A stretch of 64,000 nt of DNA from Parcubacteria group bacterium (GTDB lineage Bacteria > Patescibacteriota > Minisyncoccia > Moranbacterales > GCA-2747515): contig JBAZXC010000006.1 in NCBI GenBank assembly GCA_041660065.1, forward strand, positions 4,984 to 68,983. The letters are read 5' to 3'. The translations under genes and the position numbers were made by a program. The stretch's first letter is position 1. Every line of letters begins with the position of its first letter. Of this stretch, positions 16,723-27,307 are shown piece by piece. Below the pieces are notes generated by a model. That model searched no databases and was not told the DNA's origin. It saw only the letters and a list, made by a program, of their open reading frames with translations.

Positions 16723-18239
16723 GATTCAGGCGTTAATATAACATTGATATCATACAATTTATCATCTTCTACAGTGATAACATCACTATATGTCTCATAC
16801 CCTCCGGCTGATACGATATATTCATATTCCATATCCTCCTCCAAAAGGGGTACAATATCATATGGCTCACTTTCGCTACGCATGGGAAAATATGCGTAAC
16901 CATAAACATCAGTTTGTTGAGTAGAACTGTATGTTGGCACATCATTATTGTCATATAGGTAAACATACGCTCCATTAGCTGGCACCCCTTCATCATTTAC
17001 CACACGAATCAAAATACTTTTATAGTTTTTATCCAATAAGATCATCTTTGCCTCCACAGCAGTGCCTGCATTAACACTTGTTTTTTGGCGATTGTTATCA
17101 AGCCCTGGCGACATTTTTAAAAATACATAATTTGTCTCCAATTCATCCAAACCAAACGTAAAGACACCCGGGTTAACATGATCTGCACTTGTTACCGATT
17201 CATCATCATTGGTATCTGTACGAATTACCACCTCTCCGCTCACATCAGTAACCACATCATCATAAAAACCATACACTTCAGCTTCTGTATATAGAGGATT
17301 CTCATTCAAATTCGTACCCATTACTCTGCCTCCTTGCACAGAAAAATCAACATCCGAAATTACATTTTCGAAAGGATCTTCAGTTGTTAATGTGAGATCA
17401 GAATATTCTTGCATAATAAAAGACATCGTCGTCATTGTGCTATCAGTAACACTTTGATGGATAAAACGCGGAAAATATGACACATCTCCAATTTCCGTTG
17501 ATACTGTTTTGTTTGCCGGAGACAGTTTTGTGGAGAGCGTTTCATAACCGCTTTTTTCCACATTGATCTCATAACAGTTTTGACATGCCGGTGCTCCAAT
17601 ATACATATAATTTCCAGTACTATCTGTCTGTACAACAAAAGTCTCATTTCGTACACTATCGTGGATTGTTAAAATCGCGTTGGGAATTGCATTTGCTGAT
17701 GCATCCAATACATTGATTGACAAAATACCTCCGGACTCAACCGTTTCCAGACCTCCCGGTGGCACAAACTGTGACACAAGACGCACTCGCTCAACAGAAC
17801 ACTCACCGCCATACTCCGCCATACCACGTGTATACGATGCACTTGTACACTGATCCCAAATCACCGAAACGCTCACGCGCTTGTAATCATTTGGGATTAC
17901 ATCCGTTCCATTGACCGCCCTTCCGTCCCATGGATCGTCAACAAGTATTACCGAGGTGATCACACGAAAAAACATCTCATTAATCGTTACATTTTCATCA
18001 GCAACAATATCTCCAAATGGCGCATTTGTGGTAGTGCCAACCTCCGCATATGCCAAATTGCGATAATGCTCCATACGTTCATTGGCAAGTGATACTGCCG
18101 CCCGTCGTTGTTTTCCATCTTGCATATGAACCATCGTTTGGGTAAACACATTATAAAAAGTCGTCACAAGCAACGAGAAAACAAAAAGTGCAACCAGACC
18201 TTCTATTAAAGTAAACCCTCTTTTGTGCGTAAGTGCCAT
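16719..18239 (-). CDS. Type IV pilin-like protein with a large C-terminal domain
   Basis: MALTHKRG|FTLIEGLVALFVFSLLV is a canonical prepilin leader with Glu at +5; 506 aa. Confidence 0.7.
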   Translation of the reverse strand: MALTHKRGFTLIEGLVALFVFSLLVTTFYNVFTQTMVHMQDGKQRRAAVSLANERMEHYRNLAYAEVGTTTNAPFGDIVADENVTINEMFFRVITSVILVDDPWDGRAVNGTDVIPNDYKRVSVSVIWDQCTSASYTRGMAEYGGECSVERVRLVSQFVPPGGLETVESGGILSINVLDASANAIPNAILTIHDSVRNETFVVQTDSTGNYMYIGAPACQNCYEINVEKSGYETLSTKLSPANKTVSTEIGDVSYFPRFIHQSVTDSTMTTMSFIMQEYSDLTLTTEDPFENVISDVDFSVQGGRVMGTNLNENPLYTEAEVYGFYDDVVTDVSGEVVIRTDTNDDESVTSADHVNPGVFTFGLDELETNYVFLKMSPGLDNNRQKTSVNAGTAVEAKMILLDKNYKSILIRVVNDEGVPANGAYVYLYDNNDVPTYSSTQQTDVYGYAYFPMRSESEPYDIVPLLEEDMEYEYIVSAGGYETYSDVITVEDDKLYDINVILTPES

Positions 18240-18250
18240 ATATGTATAAA

Positions 18251-19468
18251 TTAAATATTTTCCAAAACACTATACATCGGCTGTAACATCGCCACTGCAA
18301 AAAATCCCACCGCGGCACCAATCACGAGCATAAGCACCGGCTCAATGATCGATGAAAGATTTTTTGTGATCTGATTCACTTCCTCTTCATAAAATTCCGC
18401 CAACTTTACCATCATATCCTCCGTTTTACCCGTTTCCTCGCCAACGCGAATCATCTGCGCGACGATCACGGGGAAAATAACAGGATATTCCGCAATCACT
18501 GTCGACAACTCCACACCGCGCTGGATCTTATTGCGACCTTCCAGTACCGCTTCCTTGAAAAATGTATTTGTTAATGTATTTGCGACAATATTGAGAGAAT
18601 CCACCACAGACACACCGCTGTGCAAAAGTGAACTATAGATGCGCGCAAATCGCGCGCAATTTACTTTGATCACGATATGTTTGAGAATTGGCGTTTTGAG
18701 CAAAGCAAAACTCGCCGCCTTTTTGCCCATATCCGTCGATGAGAATGCCTTGAGAAAAATCCCACCTCCGATAAGAACGATTGCGATGAGAACGCCATGG
18801 TTTTGCAAGGCATCACTAAGTCCGATAATAAATCGAGTTGGTGCCGGGAGTTCCACCTTCATATCACCAAAAACACCCAAGATCTGTGGCAAAATATATG
18901 TAAGCATGATCACACCAACGATCGCCATCGCACTCACGATCACGGCCGGATAGATCAATGCACCACGCACTTTTGACCGAAGTTCATGCTCCTTTTCTAT
19001 TTGAATGGTAATGATATTTAACGATTCATCCAATGTGCCGCCAATTTCACCCACGCGGATCATGTTGACAAAGAGATCATTGAAGATTGCCGGATATTTT
19101 GTCAAAGAATCACTCAACGACAACCCTTTCTGCACATCCTTATACACATTATTCAATACTGCTTTAAAATGTTTATTTTTGGTTTGCACACCAAGATTAT
19201 CCAGTGCACGTGCAATTGTAAGTCCCGACGACACCATTACACTCAAATTGCGCGTAAAAAACAACTTTTCCTTCAAACTCACACCTTGTATACGATCAAA
19301 AAAATTGATATGTGGCTTATGATCCAGATCATCCACACGCTCGATCGATGTAACAACAAAACCTTCTCCGCGCAATTGCAGAGCGAGATCACGTTCGTTT
19401 TTTGCGTCCAATTCACCCGAACGCGGTTTTCCTTCAATACTTTTTGCTGTATATAAATATTTTGACAT
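18251..19468 (-). CDS. pilC: Type IV pilus inner-membrane platform protein PilC (GspF family)
   Basis: 405 aa, duplicated T2SS-F domain architecture with three TM segments; adjacent to pilB. Confidence 0.75.
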   Translation of the reverse strand: MSKYLYTAKSIEGKPRSGELDAKNERDLALQLRGEGFVVTSIERVDDLDHKPHINFFDRIQGVSLKEKLFFTRNLSVMVSSGLTIARALDNLGVQTKNKHFKAVLNNVYKDVQKGLSLSDSLTKYPAIFNDLFVNMIRVGEIGGTLDESLNIITIQIEKEHELRSKVRGALIYPAVIVSAMAIVGVIMLTYILPQILGVFGDMKVELPAPTRFIIGLSDALQNHGVLIAIVLIGGGIFLKAFSSTDMGKKAASFALLKTPILKHIVIKVNCARFARIYSSLLHSGVSVVDSLNIVANTLTNTFFKEAVLEGRNKIQRGVELSTVIAEYPVIFPVIVAQMIRVGEETGKTEDMMVKLAEFYEEEVNQITKNLSSIIEPVLMLVIGAAVGFFAVAMLQPMYSVLENI

Positions 19469-19487
19469 TGTATGTATTCAAAAATTC

Positions 19488-21224
19488 TTATTCTTTTGTA
19501 ACACGCATTACTTCCTCAATACTCGTAAGTCCTTGGACGATCTTGTAAAACCCATCCTCTACCATCGTGACCATGCCATCCTCTCGCGCCTTCTTTTCCA
19601 TTGTTTCCGATGTAGCGTTTTGTGTGATCATTTTTTGTATTGCCTCTGTGATTTCAAAAACCTCATAGATACCATTTCGCCCTTTATAACCGGTACCACT
19701 GCATTGTGAGCATCCATTCGCTTTAAATAGTTCAATGTCCGTCCACTTCGTCCCCGGCTTCAGTCCGCCGATGCGATACAATGTTTTTGAGATCGTATCG
19801 AGATCATAATTTTTCCCCAACGTTTCCACTTCCTTTGCATCCAATTTATACGGTTGCCGACATTCGCCACACAATCGACGTACAAGACGTTGCGCGATCA
19901 CGATATTGGTTGTTGATGCAATAAGAAACGGCTCCACACCCATATCCACCATGCGCGGAATTGCTCCAGCAGCAGAATTTGTATGCAGTGTAGAGAGTAC
20001 CAGATGTCCGGTCATTGCCGCATGGATCGCAATCTCCAATGTTTCCTTGTCACGAATCTCACCCACCATGATAATATCCGGGTCCTGACGCAGGAGTGCA
20101 CGCAGTGCCGCGGCAAATGTCATTCCGATCTTTGTCTGCACTTGTGTTTGATTGATGCTATCCATCCGATATTCCACAGGATCCTCAACGGTTGAGATGT
20201 TCACCTCCGGTGAATTCAAGATGTCCACCACGGTATAAAGCGTCGTTGTTTTGCCGGAGCCTGTCGGACCGGTTACCAAGATCATACCATTCGGTTTTTG
20301 AATCTCACGATGTACTGCCTCCAATGCCTCTCCAAACATTCCCATTTTTTCCAATGTCAATCCATGTGATGTCTCGTTCAAAAGACGCATGACGATTTTC
20401 TCCCCATCAAACACCGGCAAGATACTCACACGAAATGAAATCCTGTAATCCTCTTTTTCAATTTTGAAACGACCATCTTGTGGCAAACGATGTTCATCCA
20501 ACTTCAAGTTAGATAACACCTTGATGCGCGCAACAATTCCCGGTAAGGCATTTTTTGGCAAGGTCATCGCTTGCCGTAAAATGCCGTCCACACGATAGCG
20601 AACGATCACATCTTTTTCTTGCGGCTCAATATGAATATCAGATGCGCCATCGAGAATTGCGTGTTTGAGAAGTGTATCCACGATACGCACGATCGGGAGA
20701 TCCTCCGCGATTTTTACCAGATCATCATCCTCCCCTTGCGTCGCAATTGCAATTGCATCCTCTGGAATGATCTCACCAAATTCCACTTTCAAACTCTTGG
20801 CATACTGTTTGATCACTGTGCGAAAACTGTCCTCCGTCGTCATATACGGCATAATCTCCAGATCGGTCTTTTTGCGCAAAAAGTCAATGATTTGCAAATT
20901 TTCCGGATCAAGCATGGCAACTTTAAGCGTTTTTCCGCTTTTTTCAAAGGCAACTACTTGTGACTTTTTTGCCACCTGCTCGGGAATCATACTCAAGATC
21001 TGTCCGGATACATTTTCCTTTGTGAGGTCCACAAATGGGTACCCAAGCACGCCTGCTTTGATCCTCACACACTGTTTATCATCAATGATATTTTGTTGGA
21101 CCAAAAGATCACATAACTGCTCCTGATCTTTTTCCGCCTGCGCAAAAACCGGACCAAGTGTTTCTTGGTCAAGAATATTGTTTTCCAAAAGATAATCACG
21201 CACTTGTGAATTTTCTATTTTCAT
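19488..21224 (-). CDS. pilB: Type IV pilus assembly ATPase PilB (GspE family)
   Basis: GspII N-terminal domain, Walker A GPTGSGKTTTL, Asp/His boxes, tetra-Cys CGEC...CSQC motif. The start is taken at MKIENSQV; the track ORF extends to 21296. Confidence 0.8.
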   Translation of the reverse strand: MKIENSQVRDYLLENNILDQETLGPVFAQAEKDQEQLCDLLVQQNIIDDKQCVRIKAGVLGYPFVDLTKENVSGQILSMIPEQVAKKSQVVAFEKSGKTLKVAMLDPENLQIIDFLRKKTDLEIMPYMTTEDSFRTVIKQYAKSLKVEFGEIIPEDAIAIATQGEDDDLVKIAEDLPIVRIVDTLLKHAILDGASDIHIEPQEKDVIVRYRVDGILRQAMTLPKNALPGIVARIKVLSNLKLDEHRLPQDGRFKIEKEDYRISFRVSILPVFDGEKIVMRLLNETSHGLTLEKMGMFGEALEAVHREIQKPNGMILVTGPTGSGKTTTLYTVVDILNSPEVNISTVEDPVEYRMDSINQTQVQTKIGMTFAAALRALLRQDPDIIMVGEIRDKETLEIAIHAAMTGHLVLSTLHTNSAAGAIPRMVDMGVEPFLIASTTNIVIAQRLVRRLCGECRQPYKLDAKEVETLGKNYDLDTISKTLYRIGGLKPGTKWTDIELFKANGCSQCSGTGYKGRNGIYEVFEITEAIQKMITQNATSETMEKKAREDGMVTMVEDGFYKIVQGLTSIEEVMRVTKE

Positions 21225-21356
21225 ATCTTTGTTTTTGTGTCCATCTCGTAACATTATATCATCAAAAGTCCAAGAAAACAAAAAAAATAAAAACACACAT
21301 CATAAAACGATGTGCATTTTTATTTCTGATTGTCCTCATGTCTACCAGTCCATCCT

Positions 21357-21372
21357 GTCGCTCGCGAGCGAC
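21357..21372. repeat. Perfect 16-nt GC-rich palindrome GTCGCTCGCGAGCGAC (copy 1) between groEL and pilB
   Basis: Self-complementary. The same core with a longer 28-nt perfect palindrome recurs at 28823..28850. No adjacent T-tract. Confidence 0.6.
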
Positions 21373-21398
21373 GAGACTGCATGTCTAATAATCGATAA

Positions 21399-23121
<1,723 letters not shown>

Positions 23122-23185
23122 TCCTCTCCTTATTGTAGCGAATTTCAATTCCATGTCAAGAGAAAATACAAAAAAAGAATTTTCC

Positions 23186-23225
23186 AAATTAAAAACACCC
23201 CATACAATCACGATTGCATGGGGTG
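23186..23225 (-). terminator. Rho-independent terminator downstream of the His/Pro-rich small secreted protein gene
   Basis: CACCCCATACAATCACGATTGCATGGGGTG hairpin with a T-tract on the minus strand. Confidence 0.55.
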
Positions 23226-23241
23226 TGAATGGGCAAATGCC

Positions 23242-23628
23242 CTAATAATCTTCATACACCCACCGATACTTCCGGGTGTGATATCCGTTCCACCAGCCTG
23301 TGCGCACTTTGAGCACATAACCAGGACCGGGACACGGTGGCGGATTAAAAACCCACGGGAAATTAATAGGTCGAGGAAAAGGCAATGCAATTTCCGGTCC
23401 CCCACAATACCGGTGGTGACGGACAAAGGTGGGTGGTGGGTGGTGGCGGAAATGTCGCCCTCCATGATAAAACGGGAGACGATGCCGAAAAGTCTGTCCA
23501 CCTCCATAGTGCGACGGGGGTTGAAAATGATGTCCTCCTCCGTGTATTGGTGGTGGCGGAAAACCCCAACCAATAGACGGGATCACTAGGGACAAAAAAC
23601 CGATTGCTACTACAATGAGCTTTTTCAT
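23242..23628 (-). CDS. Small secreted His/Pro/Gly-rich protein (128 aa)
   Basis: Start taken at the internal ATG, 5 nt downstream of AAGGAG. MKKLIVVAIGFLSLVIPSIGWG signal, then GFPPPPIHGGGHHFQPPSHYGGG...RHFRHHPPP, and a C-terminal W..YH..KYRWVYEDY. Confidence 0.5.
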   Translation of the reverse strand: MKKLIVVAIGFLSLVIPSIGWGFPPPPIHGGGHHFQPPSHYGGGQTFRHRLPFYHGGRHFRHHPPPTFVRHHRYCGGPEIALPFPRPINFPWVFNPPPCPGPGYVLKVRTGWWNGYHTRKYRWVYEDY

Positions 23629-23926
23629 TTTTTCTCCTTGCTTCCTTTTTTTGATACATCTCCAATTGACACACGCCGATGGAAAAGAACATTCCTCAAA
23701 TATATTACTCGTTATAAAAGAATTTTGACGATTTGTCAATTACAAAACCGCAAATATAAAAACCCGTGTCATTCCCGTGAAGCTTGTCCTCGAGAAATTG
23801 GGGAACGGGAATCCAGAATTATATATATTCAGTAAATATTTTACAAAGATACGGTTTTCAAATTGGTGATAAAAAAATAAAAGCGCCAATCTGCTGATCA
23901 ACGCTTTTTACCCCCACCCAAAGAAT

Positions 23927-24393
23927 TCACTCACCCTCAGCCTCCTCATCATCTTCCCCTTCAGGAATGGTGATGAATTGCTTTATTTGCTGGCCATTCC
24001 CCAGATCCAAAACCCGTGTTAAATTTTCAAATCCTGGCGGAGCGTTGGGCGGATTTTTTCTGTCATATTTTTTCCATTGCCGTTCGCCCTCTGGAATGAA
24101 ATGAAACTGGACAACCCGTCCATTTTCCACTTCAACCTCCCGCAGTTCTATGGCATATCCCTGTGGCAGATTGATCCAGCCGCCATGATATTTCCGCCAT
24201 GCCCTGAGATGTGAGTCGTCAATGATAACATGACGCTCGACAACCGGTGGTGGCGGAGGCACCTGCCCTTCGATCTCCACCGGAACAGGAATGGGAATAA
24301 ATATCGGTGGCGGAAGAGGCGGACGCGGAAAACAAAATCCGCTCGTCGCAAAAAAGAAAATGGAAACGAAAATGAAAAAAGAAGTCCTCTTCA
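23927..24393 (-). CDS. Small secreted Pro-rich protein (155 aa), possible paralog of 23242..23628
   Basis: Start at the internal ATG after AAGAGG. MKRTSFFIFVSIFFFATSGFC signal, FPRPPLPPPIFIPIPVPVEIEGQVPPPPPV, W.KYHGGW motif, acidic tail. Almost abuts the upstream lipoprotein gene (3-nt gap). Confidence 0.5.
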
Positions 24394-24396
24394 TGT

Positions 24397-24957
24397 CTAA
24401 TACCTCTTTGTCTTCGGTTTCTTTGGAGTAACAGGTGGTGCGTACGCTATTTCCGTCTCGTTCCACTCACTGCCCCTGACGATTTCCCACTGCTTGGTAC
24501 GCGGATCATAACATGCATCCGCGTCAACAGTTGTTTTGTAAATCGTCCCATCAACGGCTGTTTTTTTGGAAACAACCTTTGATGTCATACATTCCTCGCC
24601 GATGTACGATCTGAATTCATTGCCATACGCGCGAGTGGGCCTGTAGTGCATGCCCGGCTCAAATACTACGCTTGAACCATCTGCAGCCACCCAACTGCCC
24701 GGCGCATTTGATTGGTATGCAACAGCCAATCGTTCCTGATCGCTCTTTGCAAGCTGTTGATAGTACTTTATTTTTGCTACACTTTCTGCGATTTTGAATC
24801 CGAGATTGACGCCTTCGGCCACTGTGTTGGCAACCTGCATTACCCTGCCGGCTGCATCAATGGCACGGAGTGCTCTGTCCGGATTGCATCCGGTCATCAA
24901 AAAAACCGCCACAATCACACATGTAACTGCACAAATCCTTCCCTTTTTTATGTTCAT
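24397..24957 (-). CDS. Lipoprotein (186 aa)
   Basis: Start at ATG after AGGAG. MNIKKGRICAVTCVIVAVFLMTGC carries a lipobox (LMTGC). Confidence 0.55.
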   Translation of the reverse strand: MNIKKGRICAVTCVIVAVFLMTGCNPDRALRAIDAAGRVMQVANTVAEGVNLGFKIAESVAKIKYYQQLAKSDQERLAVAYQSNAPGSWVAADGSSVVFEPGMHYRPTRAYGNEFRSYIGEECMTSKVVSKKTAVDGTIYKTTVDADACYDPRTKQWEIVRGSEWNETEIAYAPPVTPKKPKTKRY

Positions 24958-25085
24958 CTTTGCTCCTCTCTTTTGATTTTTCAAGCAATTCCGCCTATCG
25001 GAATCACAAAAAAATAAAATGGTGTAAAAGAACTACGATTTTCGAGTATAGCATAATAATAAAAATCTGTCAATCATCGTTGTCC

Positions 25086-25121
25086 ACAGCCAAAAAGCGA
25101 GATCTTGCCTCGCTTTTTTTC
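25086..25121 (-). terminator. Bidirectional-looking rho-independent terminator
   Basis: AGCGAG-ATCTTGC-CTCGCT hairpin flanked by an A-tract and a T-tract; 15 nt downstream of the 25133 gene end. Confidence 0.5.
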
Positions 25122-25132
25122 GTAATCACGCT

Positions 25133-25699
25133 CTAATTTTGTCGTCCCTCGATTGCCGCGATCAGTACTGCGGCAGCAATACCAATGCGCCGATCAATGA
25201 TACTCGGCCATTGCGTTAGATCGATCTCCAGTTTATAGATAAACGGATTGAATCGCTGGCGAATATCTGCCACACGCACACCACTGATCATGAGATCATA
25301 ATTTTGCGGGATCAAATTCAGGATCAACCGCCGCACAAGTGCCAGTCCCAGAGAATCCTCAATGCATACACCGATCTCCTGATCGTTTTTATCCATCACG
25401 ATCCATTCATCACGCACGAGAGCATTCCATCCCTTGCGTTTGAATGCACCAATCTTCTCTCCCGTCTTGCTATCCACCACATCATACGCGGCAGAAAAAT
25501 CCAAAATCTCTCGTGTGTGAATAAGCATCACTTCATCTGTCTTATTTTCGTCTGCGTACAATCGAATATCTTCTCTCAACTTAAACGCTTTTTGCGCCGC
25601 ATGGAGTATCATCACGCCATTTTCATCAAAAATATCGAATCGCGCACCCATGAGTTTGAACACCTTCCGACGAAGCATGTACTTTTCGTTTTGGATCAT
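25133..25699 (-). CDS. LURP-one-related (DUF567)/tubby C-terminal-like fold protein
   Basis: 188 aa; pattern F.I.DENG....gk.f.L...i.L.D..g..l..i..k...W.v.....i.....D.Y.L.I matches the LOR family by eye (low certainty). Confidence 0.35.
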   Translation of the reverse strand: MIQNEKYMLRRKVFKLMGARFDIFDENGVMILHAAQKAFKLREDIRLYADENKTDEVMLIHTREILDFSAAYDVVDSKTGEKIGAFKRKGWNALVRDEWIVMDKNDQEIGVCIEDSLGLALVRRLILNLIPQNYDLMISGVRVADIRQRFNPFIYKLEIDLTQWPSIIDRRIGIAAAVLIAAIEGRQN

Positions 25700-25733
25700 T
25701 ACCTTATTATTAATAATATTTTTTTAAAAAACC

Positions 25734-26216
25734 TCACATTGATTTATCCATAGCATCATAAAGGGTTTTCAATTCTACAAATTTTTCCTGATACTTCACG
25801 AGAGCACCTTTCATTTCTGCAAGTTCTTCCTCTTGCCTCGCTATATCTTCCTGCAACATCTCAATACGACCCTGACGCTCCTGAATTTCCCTCAACATCC
25901 CTTCCTTCTGTCCCGCATTCTTCTGATCAACGGTCATATTTTCCTGTCGTTCAAAATGCGCATCATAAGGACCCCGCAGTTCATCTGATAATAAATGACC
26001 ACTTTTGTTTTTGCCCAGAATCTTATCCATCACTGGTCGTTGACTATCCTCTTTACGTCTTATTTCCTCAGCCAGCGCATTCGCAATTTCTGTTTCCCTG
26101 ATCGCACTTTTTCTCACAAACCCACCCTCTGGCAAATCAGCATACTTCTCTTTTTCTTCTCCCGGCAGATCTTTCACCGATTTATATTTTGGATCATACG
26201 GATCGAAATTTTCCAT
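25734..26216 (-). CDS. Hypothetical coiled-coil protein
   Basis: 160 aa, rich in E/K/R/Q heptad-like sequence (EIQERQGRIEMLQEDIARQEEELAEMKGALVKYQEKFVELK). Confidence 0.4.
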   Translation of the reverse strand: MENFDPYDPKYKSVKDLPGEEKEKYADLPEGGFVRKSAIRETEIANALAEEIRRKEDSQRPVMDKILGKNKSGHLLSDELRGPYDAHFERQENMTVDQKNAGQKEGMLREIQERQGRIEMLQEDIARQEEELAEMKGALVKYQEKFVELKTLYDAMDKSM

Positions 26217-26372
26217 AGCCTTAGCCTTAAATTATTTATTACTGTAAGTATAGATCACTTTTGGATCGCTTACAATTGTTTCATTTTGCACAAAATATCA
26301 TATGCACAACAAAAAAGGAGCGAATTATACTAAATTCGCTCCCAAAGACTCCATTTGCATTTTGATCATGTG

Positions 26373-26642
26373 TCATGGGCTCCACTCTTGTCCGGCTCCA
26401 ATGATCGCCCACAGCATAAAGGGCGGAACGATAAGGACAAGGAACGCCACATCGAATACTCTTTGCCACAGCAATGCACCTACAAAAAACAACCACCCGA
26501 TAACCACCGCAACCGCAAAAACAAGCAACATGCCAAACAGCACATTCATGATCATCGTTTTGATCTTTTTCTTCTCATCGCCATACGCGTGTGCCATATG
26601 TTCCCCCTTTAAAAAGTTTTTAAAAAACTTGTCTGACATCAA
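26373..26642 (-). CDS. Small membrane protein (2 TM)
   Basis: MLLVFAVAVVIGWLFFVGALLW and VAFLVLIVPPFMLWAIIGA segments. The start may be the downstream MAHAYGD. Confidence 0.4.
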   Translation of the reverse strand: MMSDKFFKNFLKGEHMAHAYGDEKKKIKTMIMNVLFGMLLVFAVAVVIGWLFFVGALLWQRVFDVAFLVLIVPPFMLWAIIGAGQEWSP

Positions 26643-26676
26643 ATAGATAGATTATGCCGTACACAACTATGCAACA

Positions 26677-26775
26677 AACTTTTGTCATTCTGAACTTGTT
26701 TCAGAATCTCAAAATTATGACTTATATAGATACTGAAACAAGTTCAGCATGACATAAATATTAAATGAGCTCCGT
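26677..26775. repeat. About 100-nt palindromic repeat element, copy A (two hairpins in inverted orientation plus a conserved tail AATATT.AATGAGCTCCG)
   Basis: About 89% identical to 46197..46296 over ~98 nt. Arms are TGTCAT(T/C)CTGAACTTGTTTCAG(A/G)ATC and GAT(A/G)CTGAAACAAGTTCAGCATGACA. T->C and A->G differences between the copies preserve pairing. Confidence 0.7.
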
Positions 26776-27270
26776 ATCATATATTTTAACATCCATCGCA
26801 TAGCGCTTCAAAAAACGCAGGAAATCTTTTGTAGAAATTTTGAGTGATGCCGTGTTGCGAAACGGATGGAAATGCACAGACGCATAATCAAAAATTTCTT
26901 TATCCACCACAACACCCACTTCTCCGGCGTTTTCATGAATGAGACCAAACGGCGTCACGGACCCCGGCGTAAGTCCGAGATTATTTTCCAAGCGATCCGC
27001 TGATGCAAAACCCATCTTGCGATGCTCGCCCAAGAATTCCGCCAGATGCGGGATATCGATATTTTTTTGCGCACACAATATGACGAGATAATGCTTGCGT
27101 CCGCGACGATTTTGCATAAAAGCATTTTTGCAATCCACCCCCATATCATGATCGCGATAAAAACTCCCCGACGCCTCCACCGTCCCAAAAGCCGGATGTT
27201 CGAATTTTTCATAAGGAATATTCATTTCATCCAATATTTTATATAATTTTTGTTCGTATAGATCTGCCAT
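26761..27270 (-). CDS. YbaK/ProX-family aminoacyl-tRNA deacylase (prolyl-tRNA editing domain protein)
   Basis: MADLYEQKLYKILDEMNIPYEKFEHPAFGTVEASG...HYLVIL...LGLTPGSVTPFGL. The track ORF extends 40 codons upstream through two REP hairpins (EQVVKPAPA duplicated), so the start is taken at the internal Met. The last 4 codons overlap the palindromic repeat element. Confidence 0.55.
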   Translation of the reverse strand: MADLYEQKLYKILDEMNIPYEKFEHPAFGTVEASGSFYRDHDMGVDCKNAFMQNRRGRKHYLVILCAQKNIDIPHLAEFLGEHRKMGFASADRLENNLGLTPGSVTPFGLIHENAGEVGVVVDKEIFDYASVHFHPFRNTASLKISTKDFLRFLKRYAMDVKIYDTELI

Positions 27271-27307
27271 GCATTTTTTTAAAAATTCAAAACTTTTACC
27301 TACCGCA

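Noticed and set aside
23629-23739. N-terminal 37 codons of track ORF 23242..23739 (MTNRQNSFITSNIFEECSF...)
   Set aside because: An internal Met at 23628 is preceded by a perfect AAGGAG and begins a canonical signal peptide. The upstream extension has no RBS and overlaps the promoter region.
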